Positions 37,120-49,653 are shown, numbered from the stretch's first letter. The stretch: DNA of 64,000 bases from Felis catus (GCF_018350175.1 NC_058368.1:196914001-196978000); one strand, 5' to 3'. Notes: generated by a model from the sequence alone, not told the origin. Program-made: numbers and translations.

Positions 37120-38118
37120 GTAAACCAGACTTCCATTACCGGTCTTTTTGTTTTGTTTTAAGAATAAAAATACACATTGGAGATGAACTTTAAGGTCCCT
37201 TTGAAACCTAAAGCTTTCTGAGAGTGAATGAACTTTATTTTAACCTTTTATTGGGAAAATAAAATCTGATCGCTTCAGCAAGAATTAATAGAATCCCATT
37301 GTCAGGCCTGAAGAACAATTTCCTTTGGGACAGTAAGCAGATACCCACTGGTAACCAGTAGCTTTATCCGAATGGAAATTGACGTGGGCTAATTAAAGGT
37401 GGAGGCTTTCTGATTTTGATGTGTTGCCAGTGTGTTGAAAAGGAAGACTTTTATGTGTAGTAAAACTGGTTCGTCTAGTAGTACTACTAGCTATATTATT
37501 TAATTATCCTAACATTTGCTCCTATTAATTAGGAGTTTCACCTTGATTTTTGTGAGTGTCTGTTAATGATAAAATCACTGTGTCCTAGAATTTAATGGCT
37601 ATTCTGATACTTTATTGTTCCTTTAAAGGAAAATGGTCCCTGTGTTTATTTAGCATCTGTGAATTAGATAAATTGCTCAGTGCTTGTGTGGATAGCCCTA
37701 TCAAAAATGAGTAATTTTTACACTGGAAAAGTATTTTGACGTAACGCAACTTACTAATGTTACTAAATGATGAGCGCTTTTGTTGGTATTGAGCTGCCTT
37801 TACTTTTGCCCTTGTGTTGAGTATTGATTATGAAAACACATTTCAGATTTGACTTCACCCATTTTTACTTAAATCATGTTCCTATTAGACTTACCCTTTC
37901 CTAATAGCTAAAAATGTTCTTGAGGTAGAAACACCGGTAAAGAGCTATCAGTTTGGGTGGGGGTTGGGTGTGTTTTATTTACTTTGATTTGGTTTTAATT
38001 CTAAGGTATGATTTCTCTTGAATCTCATGTTGACATTTATGTCTAGTGGGTTAAACTAACACTGTTCTTCTCGATAGTATTGACTATGTCTATGTGGTTT
38101 GATTCTTACTTTCCACAG

Positions 38119-38193
38119 GCTGCGACAAAAAAGCAAAAATATGAAAAGATAAGTGAAAAGAAGATGTCCACTCCTGTTGAAGTTTTATGTAAG
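38119..38193 (+). CDS. CSNK1A1: CSNK1A1 coding exon 8 (75 nt), followed by a GC donor
   Basis: ttccacag|[25 protein letters not shown]|gcaagt; the protein sequence and frame with exon 9 require the GC donor. Confidence 0.96.
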
Positions 38194-38209
38194 GCAAGTG
38201 TGCTTGAGG

Positions 38210-38241
<32 letters not shown>

Positions 38242-38379
38242 TAAATAATCCGAGAAGAGGGAGCATTTTATTTGCCTGTCCTGGAACTTAAACATCCTAT
38301 GAGGTAGCTAGCTACTACCATTTTTAATTTACTTTTTGATGATTCTAAGTATCTTTAGGAGTAACTTGAATATATGAGC

Positions 38380-38548
38380 CATTTTATTTTTTAAAAATGT
38401 CTACTTATTTTGAGAGATTGGAAGAGGGAGAATCCCATGCAAGCTCCACACTAAGTACAGAGCCCTATGCGGGACTCCATCCTGCAACCTCAAGATCACA
38501 ACCCAAGCTGATACCCAAGCTTAACTAGCTAAGCCATCCAGGCATCCC
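38380..38548 (-). mobile_element. Diverged Can-SINE
   Basis: gagaatcccatgcaagctcc...aagccatccaggcatccc. Confidence 0.75.
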
Positions 38549-39234
38549 TTTAGGAATCATTTCAAATAGGTATTTTATGTTTCTCATTTGTTTGGGTTCT
38601 CTAATCTGTTAAAAACTAGAGGGGGAAAAAAAGGGCATGTAAAGTTGTCTAGTGGAACCTCACTAGTTCGTGAGAGAAGAAATATTCTCATCCCTAAACT
38701 GGTGCCAGAAAATAATGGATATGGGCAGTTGGCAGGCATATCAAGGAGGAGGGAGACAAAGGCATATCACAGTATTCCAAAAATAGCCAGTGGTGGACAA
38801 TATAGGCGACAGTTGGAATCAGGCTCATTTCTCTTCAATCTTCAAGCTTTGTAGAGAAGCCTAGGAGTTGAGACTGGAGAGCTGTCGGTTTCATGTTGGG
38901 TAACCGTGGTCTCTTAACGTAGAAAACCACCTGGTCATCTTTGAGACAACAGTGGCGTAACTGACATAATTAGAAGACCGTATATAATTATGTAGTTGGG
39001 TGTTGGGAAGTCAACATGGAGTTGAAATAGTACTTTGTGGAAGGGGGAAAGTGGTGTTTTTATGTCTCCCTATCCACAAATTTCCTTTTTCCTTCTCCAG
39101 ATCTACAGTTAAAGGAGGGATTGGGGTGGGTAAGAGACCATGTTCTTTTCTGAGATTCAGGATTTGTTTTAAATTAATAAATACATTGTAGGTCCATGAA
39201 TAAAATGTTCTTGTCTTAATGGTGCCCCCAGATA

Positions 39235-39405
39235 ACTTTTTTGTTTTAAGTTTGTTTTTGAGAGGGAGACAAAGAATCCCAAGCAGGCTCCGTGCTGTCA
39301 GGGCAGAGCCTGATGCAGGGCTCGATCTCACGAACCATGAGATCATGACCTAAGCCGAGATCAAGAGTCAGATGGATGCTTAACCTACTGAGTCACCCAC
39401 GCGCA
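39235..39405 (-). mobile_element. Can-SINE
   Basis: gaatcccaagcaggctccgtgctgtcag...gagtcacccac. Confidence 0.85.
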
Positions 39406-40217
39406 CTCTCCCCTCCCCCCCCCCAACTTTAAAATCTGTATACTTCAGGAAGCAAAACATATTTTCTGTACACTACTATTTCTGTGCAACAGAATGATTC
39501 ATTTGGCTTACCGGGAAAGTCAGCCATGTTTCAGGAAGAGAAAGGGAGTGTTAGCACATCATCTGCTTCTGGGTTACATATAATTTTGATCTAGAAATTG
39601 TGAACTAGGTCTCGCTTTCTGGATTAGCCACATATAATTGTCAGGGTGCAGTGAACACAGAGTATTAGTATTATTAAAAAGTAGTGAGATTGTTTTCAGT
39701 CTCGTTACAGTGGTAACTACTTCATATCTGTGTTAGTTACGGCATTGGTAGTTTTCTTTTGTGAAGGTTTTGCCTGCTGTCATAAGATAGCAATGCATGA
39801 AGTATACTATTTGACTTTTACTTCTGGTTGTTTAGCTCTATTTGGAATACATAAATGCAGGTTCATCTGGTATGTGCTGTTTAATGTCTTGTTAAGAATT
39901 TAAATAAAATGTATAATATACTGATTAGTTTCAGTTGTCCATTCTCGAACAGTGAAATAATGTTAGAATGAAAGCTGTTTACATAAATGCAGTCAATAAA
40001 GATGAATGTTACAAGTGTATCCATTTTATCCTACCTTAGTTTTCTGGATACGAGAAATTTCTCAAAATTGGACGGTTGTGGGAAGAGACTGTCTCTTTTA
40101 ACGTAAAGCTCTTCACATATATTTGAGGGGAAGGATGCAGGGATTTTTGTTTTAATATTTTGCATTTCTACATTGGTGATGGCAAAATCTTTTTGGTGAT
40201 TAATATCTATAGGCTTA

Positions 40218-40422
40218 GGGACGCCTGGGTGGCTCAGTCGGTTAAGCATCAGACTACAGCCCAGGTCACAATCTCATGGTTTGTGGCTTCAAGACCCACA
40301 CTGGGCTCTGTGCAGATAGCTCACAGCCTGGAGCTGTTTCTGATTGCATCTCCCTCCCCCCCTCTCTCTCTGCCCCTCCCTCCTTCCCTCTCAAAAATCA
40401 GTAAACAACAACAACAAAAAAT
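40218..40422 (+). mobile_element. Can-SINE
   Basis: gggacgcctgggtggctcagtcgg head; (CAA)n tail; degenerate TSD TA(T/C)AGGCTTA. Confidence 0.88.
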
Positions 40423-41267
40423 ACAGGCTTAGAGATGTTTATATACATTTTTGAGAAATCTTTCCTAAGAAACTGAAAATGGAAAAAGTTTACGCCCACA
40501 GGTGTTCTTACTAGTATTGTTTAGAAAATAAAGATTTTAATTGCCTAAATGGCCAGTTACAGGGAACTAGTTAAGTATGATGTATTCACTCGTTTGGATA
40601 TTGTACAGCCATTCAGAAGCTTATGAAGAGGTTGGAAAATGACACAGAAAGATACTTGGAATATAATGTTGGTGGCAAAACAGTAATACGTAAATTATGT
40701 AAATAAAATAACAATTGCGGAAAAAAGAAAAGGCAATCCCAGTCTTCGTAGGACAAAGCATTGGATTGATCCGTATCACAATAGTGGTTGCTTTGTATGA
40801 TTGCACTCTCGGTGATTTTACTTTTCTGTTTATGTAAGTATATTCTACTACAAAAAAGAAAGTAATTTCAGAGTCTGAGAGAAAGTGCCTGTTCACTGTG
40901 CCTTTGTGGCAAATAACATTACCGGCCTCGATTTTGTCATTTGTTCATTGTTTCCCATTGAGTTGTTAGACGTTGATAAAGTAATAAATTAACAAGTGGG
41001 TTCTCCAAGTTATTTAAGGACATAATACTGTAGGGAAAGGAACCATATTTTCTCTGTACATGATGAAGTGGTCAGAACAATGAAATTTTATTAAATTTAT
41101 GAGGATACCAAGTCATATTAGTTGCGTTCTCAGATCTTATGGCAAAGTAGTAGTAAAGCACTGTCCTCAAAAACAAGTTTTACTTGCATTTTTAAATGCA
41201 TTTATTTTTCTGTCTTAAATAAGTTGTTTTGTTTTTTTACTTTGTGTTTTAACTCTTGAACTTGTAG

Positions 41268-41374
41268 GGGTTTCCTGCAGAATTTGCCATGTACTTAAAC
41301 TATTGTCGTGGGCTGCGCTTTGAGGAAGCCCCGGATTACATGTATCTGAGGCAGCTATTCCGCATTCTTTTCAG
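41268..41374 (+). CDS. CSNK1A1: CSNK1A1 coding exon 9 (107 nt)
   Basis: cttgtag|[36 protein letters not shown]|gtcagt. Confidence 0.98.
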
Positions 41375-42366
41375 GTCAGTTTTTAAGGTGTTTTTAAGAC
41401 TAGAGACTCCAGGGAAGGAAATTAGTCAAATCCACCCAAGACATGTGTTCTGACAAGTAGCGAAATAAAGTGACTCTAACCAATATGAATAAAATATTAA
41501 GAAATTTGAGTTCGTTTGGCATGTTTCCATTGTGATGCAAACGTGCTTGAAATTATTTTAGCTTGGGATGGAGAAACAGTTGACTCAAACTCAAAGAATC
41601 TAACCTTTCCATGATAATGGTAACTCATGTTGCAATTCAAGTGACTGTTGGTGGTCCTTGGAACACTACCTTTGCTATGGAACCCTATTTAATATCAAAA
41701 TTAACAGCAATTTACATACGAGATAGTTAGGGGGTGTATGATGGTGTGGGACCAGGCCTCATACTCTAGGGTTCCCTGGTGCAACCCAGAAATGGTCTTG
41801 AGCGGATGGGGGAGGGAGATAGAGTGCATATGGCTGGAAATCTTAGTTGGAAGAGAAGAAGAATTGGGGTAATTCTCTAAGTCCAGGAAAGTCTACTTTC
41901 CAAGCCACCAGCATACACATCTACACACACACACACACACCCACCCATCCACCCACCCACCAAGCTTACATTCTCATACCTACTCTGATTTGTTCTTAGA
42001 AGGTGCTTCCTATTTGGATGTTTCCCTAGATAATTGACAGCTTGAGTGCTGTTCATTACCACTCCCCTGCCTCTTTCAAGAAAGTTTAAAAGTCAGCTTC
42101 TTTTTGAAAAAGGAGAAGATTTATTCTTATTGAATACATCAGACTGAAGTGTGGTGACATCATTTTTCCTTCAGTTGTGACTTGTAAAAAGTGAAACTGA
42201 AGAGTTAAAAAGTCATGTATATGGAAAGAATTCTTTTAGGAGCTACCATAATTAGAGAAAATACTACCATTTTTCTAAAAAGTGCCCTCCCTGTTTTGCA
42301 GGTTCAGTAGAGTGTTTAGCCAGACTCTATTATTAAAGGATTAACACATCATTTTCTGTTTTCCAG

Positions 42367-42515
42367 GACTCTGAACCACCAGTATGACTACACATTTGAT
42401 TGGACAATGTTAAAGCAGAAAGCAGCACAGCAGGCAGCCTCTTCAAGTGGGCAGGGTCAGCAGGCCCAAACCCCCACAGGCAAGCAAACTGACAAAACCA
42501 AGAGTAACATGAAAG
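42367..42515 (+). CDS. CSNK1A1: CSNK1A1 coding exon 10 (149 nt with the 36-nt S extension 42480-42515; 113 nt without)
   Basis: ttccag|(R)[50 protein letters not shown]|gttagt; internal alternative donor CAG|GCAAGC at 42479/42480. Confidence 0.97.
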
Positions 42516-44404
42516 GTTAGTAGCCAAGAACCAAGTGACGTGACAGGGAACAAATTGAACACAAAATTGGGTAATTCCTTCATTTCTAACAGTGTTAGAT
42601 CGAGGAAGTGGTTTTGAAAGAAGTAAAAATTTGGCTCTGTGTTTTTACAAAGAGACGTCCTTGGAAAATTTGACTACTAACTTTAAACCCAAATGTCCTT
42701 GTTCATATATATATGTATATGTATTTGTATATACATATATGTGTGTATATATTATATCATTTCTCTTGGGATTTTGGGTCATTTTTAACAACTGCATCTT
42801 TTTTACTCATTCATTAACCCTTTCCAAAATAAACATTTGGTGTTGGGAATATGGTATACTCAATCAATCCAAAATCCTAGACCTAACACTTGTTGATTTT
42901 TAATAATGAATCTGGTTAGCCGTGGTATTTTGACTTTCAGACTAACAGTGTTAAGAATTTTTCTGCATGTTAATGCTGTAGCATTTAAAATGAAAAACGG
43001 TGAACATGGTCCGATTTCCAGAGGTGGTGCGTCTGGCATTGCCCCCCAAGTGTCTATCTTCTCGGTTGCGGAGCATCTCATTTACGTTCTTAAATGCTCA
43101 AATAACTGAAAAGCTCGACACATCTTTCCTGCTCAAGAACCAGATCTCTCTTTTGGTTGCTATTTAACTACCTAGGTTCTTAATTTTAAAACGCTTGTTT
43201 TGTTTTGGGCTTTCTTTTATGGAACCTTGCAAATACTCAGGGTCTGGGAATTCATTGTGGAATTGAACTCTGCAGTTAGGCCTTGCAAATTGGAAAAAAC
43301 TGGGGCAAATGCCACTGAACTGCTAGTCTCTTTCCTTTCTGTCTCTGGCACTCTTGGTGCTACTAAGGAGTAGAACTGTTGGGGCACATTCTTGTCACTG
43401 TTGCCATACAGTTCGACTCCGAGTTTCATGGTTTTTGTTTGCTTTTCTTTACCCCTGTTGTTCCCTTTCTGGGGCTTACCTCCTGATACCTGCCTACTTT
43501 CTGGAAGGGGTGGGCAGGTAAGGTTTGGTTTTTGTGGTTTCTAATTATTTCATTTCTGAATGACTGCTCTAGTCTGAACCTAGCCTTCTTTGGGCTATAT
43601 TTTTAGTATTGTATCTGAACAATTTGGTAATTTAAAAACAGATTCCGATCTGAGGTTACTTTTCAAGAAGGAGAATTCACTGGTGTCATCCTCATCCCAG
43701 CAGCTCATCTGTTAGGAATAAAGTTGAGATTCTTTTCTTTAACATTTCTGTATTGGGGGAGGATTCACAGCTGAAAGCTTAGCGTAATGGGGGTTCTTAG
43801 ATGATGAAATTCCCGCTCAGGATAACAAACACTGATGCTTGCCTCTGCATCTCAGTTGGGACCTAATTGTCCCTTTTGAGTGTTTTAATCATGATACAGC
43901 TAATCAGAGTGCCAAACTCTTAATGCGCTAGGTAGCTAGCTGGTATCACTGAGAAACGGTCCTACCAGTGTAACGTCTCTAAACTTAGGACTTGTTATGC
44001 CTAACATCTATTAAGGTATTTGCTTTTTTTCATAAAATGAAACCAATTTTTGCCTAAAGCTAGCTGGGATAATAGGATCATCACGAGTTGCAGTTTCTAG
44101 AACTAAAATTAGATTGAAATCTCATCTGACCTAGAACATTTCACTTCAGGCATTCAGCAGCCTTCAGAAAGAATTCCCTTATTTTGAGTTAGTTCCATTG
44201 TTAGTTTACTGTGTGTCTCTTTCTCAATAAACAAGCAGAATTTTTGTCCTGCCTCATCTAGGTCTTAAAGATGAGAAGTTGGATCCAGTGAGTTAGTATG
44301 TTTCCTTGGAAAAAAAAAATTGTAATTAAACTTAAGTTTAATCCTTAATTTTGTATTGTAACTATTTTTCATAAAAGCAACTTTAAATATCTTGCACAGT
44401 TTTC

Positions 44405-44503
44405 GGGGCACTTGGCTGGCTCAATAGAGCATATGGCTCTTGATCTCAGGGCCTGAGTTTTAGCCCCACTTTGGGGGTAGAGTTCACCTAAAAAAAATAA
44501 AAA
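44405..44503 (+). mobile_element. Short Can-SINE (the only SINE seen in the last intron)
   Basis: ggggcacttggctggctcaatagagcat...cttgatctcagg with A tail. Confidence 0.78.
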
Positions 44504-47500
44504 ATCTTACAAAATTTTCACGGCAATCATAGACACAGGGTTTATATAAATTACTACATAAACATCAACTTGTAAAATATTGAAAAATTGGATTTTTCAT
44601 AAAATGCATCATTTACCATTGACTGCTTTCAGAGAGACATTTTCAGGTGGTATATTTTGATTCCAAGCAAAATACTGCTTGCTACTAAAATGTGCCAGGC
44701 CCCGGAATACAGACAACAAAATTGTGTTTGATCTTTGGTCTCGAAACGTTTGTTTTGTCTTGGATCTAGAACTTAGTGCCCCAGACAGATCTCATGTGAA
44801 ATCCCCTCAGTATAAAGCCATGAATGTGTACGGCAGGTTTGAAGGTGGCATGAAATAAGTTTGGGGAGCCTACTTCCCTAACCCCAGCCGTATTTATCCA
44901 GACCATCTATTGAGAAATCTCCTATGAAGTCTGGAGTTTGAAGACAGTCCCTTTAGGTGACTTACTCCTTATTTCAATCTCTATGTAATTAGGGTGTTTA
45001 AAAGCATGTTATTCTCTTAGGGTCCACTACAGTCATTTCTTTATTCAAGGAAGAGCTCCCCTGCAGCTCAACTCTTCACTAATTCCAAGAAATCCTTTCA
45101 GTGACGATAACATCATATAATACATTTTTCTGGTTAAAACTTTAGAAGGCACTTACCTAATACATCCTATCAGTTTTTGTTCACGGAATTATACGCTGAG
45201 GTTTTCCAAAGCAGAGAATTTGGTTTCTTAAATGTATCTTCAGCACATGAAACTGTATACTGCAGGGATATCTATTCCTGGAAAAATCCCCGGAACTGGT
45301 TGACATATTAATATATTTTACGTTATTAGTTTCAGTTTTCGAAGATTGTATATGGGATGTTTCTTCCATGGAAAGGTGTGTGTGTAATAAGTTGTTTCAG
45401 CAGTTCAGTGTGAATGTCCAAAAAGTCTTTTAAAGTCTGACTTACTCAGCTAAGATGGGTTTATTATGTGTAATAGACTTCTATCCTAATTACTTTTCTA
45501 AAGAAAAGATCTTTTGAAGTACTCCATTCCAAGGCCCATCAAAAGACTAAGAAATAAGGCGTTTCTTGTTTCTTGTAAAGCCCACTATGATGTGTACTAA
45601 TTTTCGGTGCTCTTACGCCACAAGATTATAATTAGTTTTTATACATGTTAAAGAGAAAAATAAAAGATTCACATCTGAGACACTTCCAAATTCATTTCGC
45701 TTCCTTTTATTCAACTGTATGTGATTATCAGGAAAGTAGTTTTTAAGACATTTAAGAAGTACTAAAGGGAAAAGGAAATCTTTTTAGGACATTCAGAATC
45801 CAGTTAAGTTCACCATTTCTTTAGTTGAGGTCAGAGATGGGGAGAATTTCAGAAGGTAGTGAAGCCAAAGTTGGATCCTTACATAATTCTGTTATCATCT
45901 TAGTCCCTCTGTTCCTCCAAGCCGTTGATATTAAGCATAGTTTTATCATAATCACATACGTGGATGTCAGATTGTTGACAGTCAAAAAATAGAAATTTTT
46001 TTCTATCACATTCTCCTACCATGTCCATGGTCTTCCTTGAATTACCTTCCAGTGTTTACTGGAATTCACCTACCGTTTATGTCTAGCTTAACTTTTTCTG
46101 ACTTCACCAATTGCTGCTAGGAACGTGGCTGGTCACTCAGCAACGTAACCCAAATCACAGGGGAAGACCTTGAAATAATCTGGAGACTGATCTTCTCTGA
46201 ATACACTCAATCTAAAGAAGTGCCAGGGAGCTGCATCTGCTTGCTGAAATTTTTGTCAGCTTTTTTCATTGTGGACACTACCACTGGAGAGAAAAGAGCT
46301 CAGTAACCCAACAGGAAATGAAGACGAGTGTGCAAGAATTGATTTGTGGTCATCTGAATGAATCTCACACCTCCAAGGCTGGCTGGACTTACCAAACATG
46401 AACTTGTCAGAAAATCTGGACGATGCCACAACAGTCAGAAGACCTAGAGGAGTACAGTGTTGCTGTGACTCAGTGGTGTATAATGCAGACCACCTACCAG
46501 TTGGGGAAGGAATCAATTGTTACAGGTATTTCAAGTTCAACAACCTCAGAATTCTGTAATAGGGAAGACAAAAAAAAAAAAAAAAGAGATACCAGTCTGG
46601 TTTTTTTTTTTTTTTTTTAAAGGCAGTTGAAGGGGTAATGTGTGTAGTGTACTAAGTCGTCATTTACTTGTAGTGATAAAAAAAATCTGTCTTTCCCAAC
46701 TTTTATTTTTTTTTTTAGTTTAGCACAGGAAAAGTTATTGTAGCTGTTTGTGTTTTTATTCTTGAGCTTTTATAGTGCCAATCTGATTCAAAATTCTCCA
46801 AGTTTGATGATGATTTCTGTGCAGCCAAAAAAAAAAAAAAAACCAAAAAAGAAAAAACACAGACATGTTAACTAATAATAAATGGCATTACATCATGAAT
46901 GTGAATACTGCATTCAGACTACTTTTAAAAAGTTATGTCTTCCACTAGGAAAGGATACTGAAATTTAAAAAACCCATCACAAACTTCAAGCCTTACTATT
47001 ATATAAATATCCCTTTGAACTAATTTGTGGTTCTATTTAAAAAAAAAAAAATCAGGGACATCAGAAATGCATTCATAAATAAGAGCCAATGTATACTTTT
47101 CAGATTTTGGATTAAGGGGTAGAATCTCACTAGTTACATAAACTTTTTTTTCCTTTTGCAGATTTGAAAAGAAATTTAAATGTAGCTATTAACTCAGTAG
47201 TCACAGTGATGGTCCAACTCAATTTTGACTTTGCTTTTTGCTCCCTTTTTTTTGTTTTGTTTTTTTTGTTTTGTTTTTTTTTTTTTTGTTTTGTTTTTAG
47301 GAGCAAAGGGATCCCTTCCTTATTTTAATTGTTGTTGCAGTGAAGATGGGTGTTTGGACTTTTAGAAGCCAGGAGACACCACCTAAATTACAAGATAAAA
47401 ACCAAGGAATCAATGCACACTGGAAAAAGGAATGAACTTGAAGATTGAATGTTGAATACTTGCTGAATGCTCCCATTGAGATTTTTCCTACATAAACTTG

Positions 47501-49653
47501 AGTAACATCTTAGGACAATTCTCTGGAGAAACATTGATCCCTGGGTGGAGTGTCCTACCATTGGCCAATCTGAAGAGTTACATCTGGATCTGACTGCTCT
47601 ATTCCTCCAGGAATATTTTTAGGCTAGCCTCTGTCTGATTCCTAAGCAATTGTAATCATTAACTGACCCAGTAATTTCTCAAATATCAGATGAACAGATA
47701 CAATTCTTACCTAGATCTAATTTTTATCCCTATTAAAGACACAAGAGTGTTCTAATATTTTGACATTGTAACTTACGTTTTCTTTTTAGTTAGTGATAGC
47801 GGTTTCTATTTTAAAGCTGTTTGGCTGTTCAACGTAGTAATTAGATTATTCAGTATAACGTAATCACATAGCAAGGTGTGGTAAACAGTTTTAGTAACTG
47901 TGTAAACATTTTTCTTTATCATATTTAAGAATAATTGCAGGACTTGAAATCAAATGCTCATCAGGGTAAGGGTCACCTCTAATTAGCTAATTCATAGTTT
48001 TAGTTTGCTTCACAGTATTCTGTATTTTAACATTGGAATTACGTTACAGAATATGGTCTTAATTTTAAGGGTTTTAATTCAGGTTTGATCTGACAGCCTT
48101 TTCTTTTTGTGCTTACTTTGCTAATTCTCTTTAGTAATATATACCAAATAGAATATTCCTTGTGATGAAGTTCATATTCAGAAAGCTTCATAAAATTTTT
48201 CATTTTGGCATTTACTTTATGAATTTAGTACTTGGGCAGGCAACAGAGGTTTATTTTATTTATTTTTTTTTAACAGAGGTTTATTTTGTGTCTACTCTGT
48301 TAGTTGGCGTAGAGAGCGAAAGAATGTGTACAGCACTGTCCTCAGAGTGTTAGCACAATATGTTTTTAAACAAATTAAGATGACTTTCAGCCCTCAAATG
48401 AACAAATTCCTAGTTAACAAGTGAGCCCATATTTCCCCAAAAATGATACATAAATGTTTGGTGTTACCTTTGTGGGGGGGGGGTGTGGGGAGGCATAGAT
48501 TTTAGAAGCATATTATTTGTCCCACAGAGCCCATTGGAAATGATCCAGCGAATGTTTGAGAAGCACAAAGAAGGGAGAAGTTTCTGATGAATAAAAACAT
48601 GGTTTCCATGCTGAATTTAGAAGTGAGAGATCAGAGTGGGCTAGAAAGAGCTATAATGAGGCCAGCTATAGGGGTTTGGAAGGGGATGAACCAAGGGGCA
48701 TGGTCACCTCAAGGGAAGGCTTTTGGTGAGAAGAGGTGGTACTGATGGGGTTTTCGTGTTTTGGCTGAGGAATGGGCATACTTCCTTTCTGCCTTGAGCC
48801 ATAGATAAAGCTTGTAGGTAATAGAAATAAGCATTTGCTCTAGTGGTCTTTTGCCACAGATGGAACATGCAGCTAGTACTACCCGAGGCTGGTTTCTATT
48901 CAAACCTGCCTATGTGTGGAAGTCTTAAGAGTCTAATTGTGGCAGAGGGAGGTAGTGTTTACAGGGTGGGAAGGCTTGCAAAGTAAATAAAGCCAAAACA
49001 AAAAAGTCTCACTTGTTTAGGTTTTCAAATCCAGGGCAAAACTTTTTTAATGTATTATTGGTGGAAGTACAATGTTTTTAAAGGTTTAAGGTTTCTGTGA
49101 TAAAAATCATACTGACCAGGTTTGTGTTCTATGGAATAACTCAATTATGCCTTGAATACATTTATTATTAAGGCTTATTGCTCCTTATTTGGATCAGAAA
49201 TAATGTGCAGAAAAGTTCCCGCATATAGTATGATTAAGACTATAGTTTGTAATTTTTAAGGCAAAACCATCTTATTTTTCATTCGTTTGGTAAATATTTG
49301 AACACATTCTATGCTCTAGGTACTAGAAGTCTAGAAATAAATAAAACAGGCTCATTGGAATTCCCAGTAATTCTCGGGCCTGAAAAGTGTATGCTGACTG
49401 GGAAGGCTTTGATTCACTGTGTACCGCTCCTACGTAAAGGCACCTAGACCAAACAGAAAAGTTTTTGTATGTAGTTTTAAGATGAGCTGTGATTTTCAAA
49501 TAGATGAAAATATTCTGAGTCACCATTCTAATACAGTAATTATTGGCCCAGTTCCACCCAATTTCCCAGTTTTGGGTGTGGTTTTTAAAAATCTTCTGTA
49601 ACTTGGAATTGTAACATTCTTTTTTTGTTTCGATTTTTTTTTTTTTCAAACAG

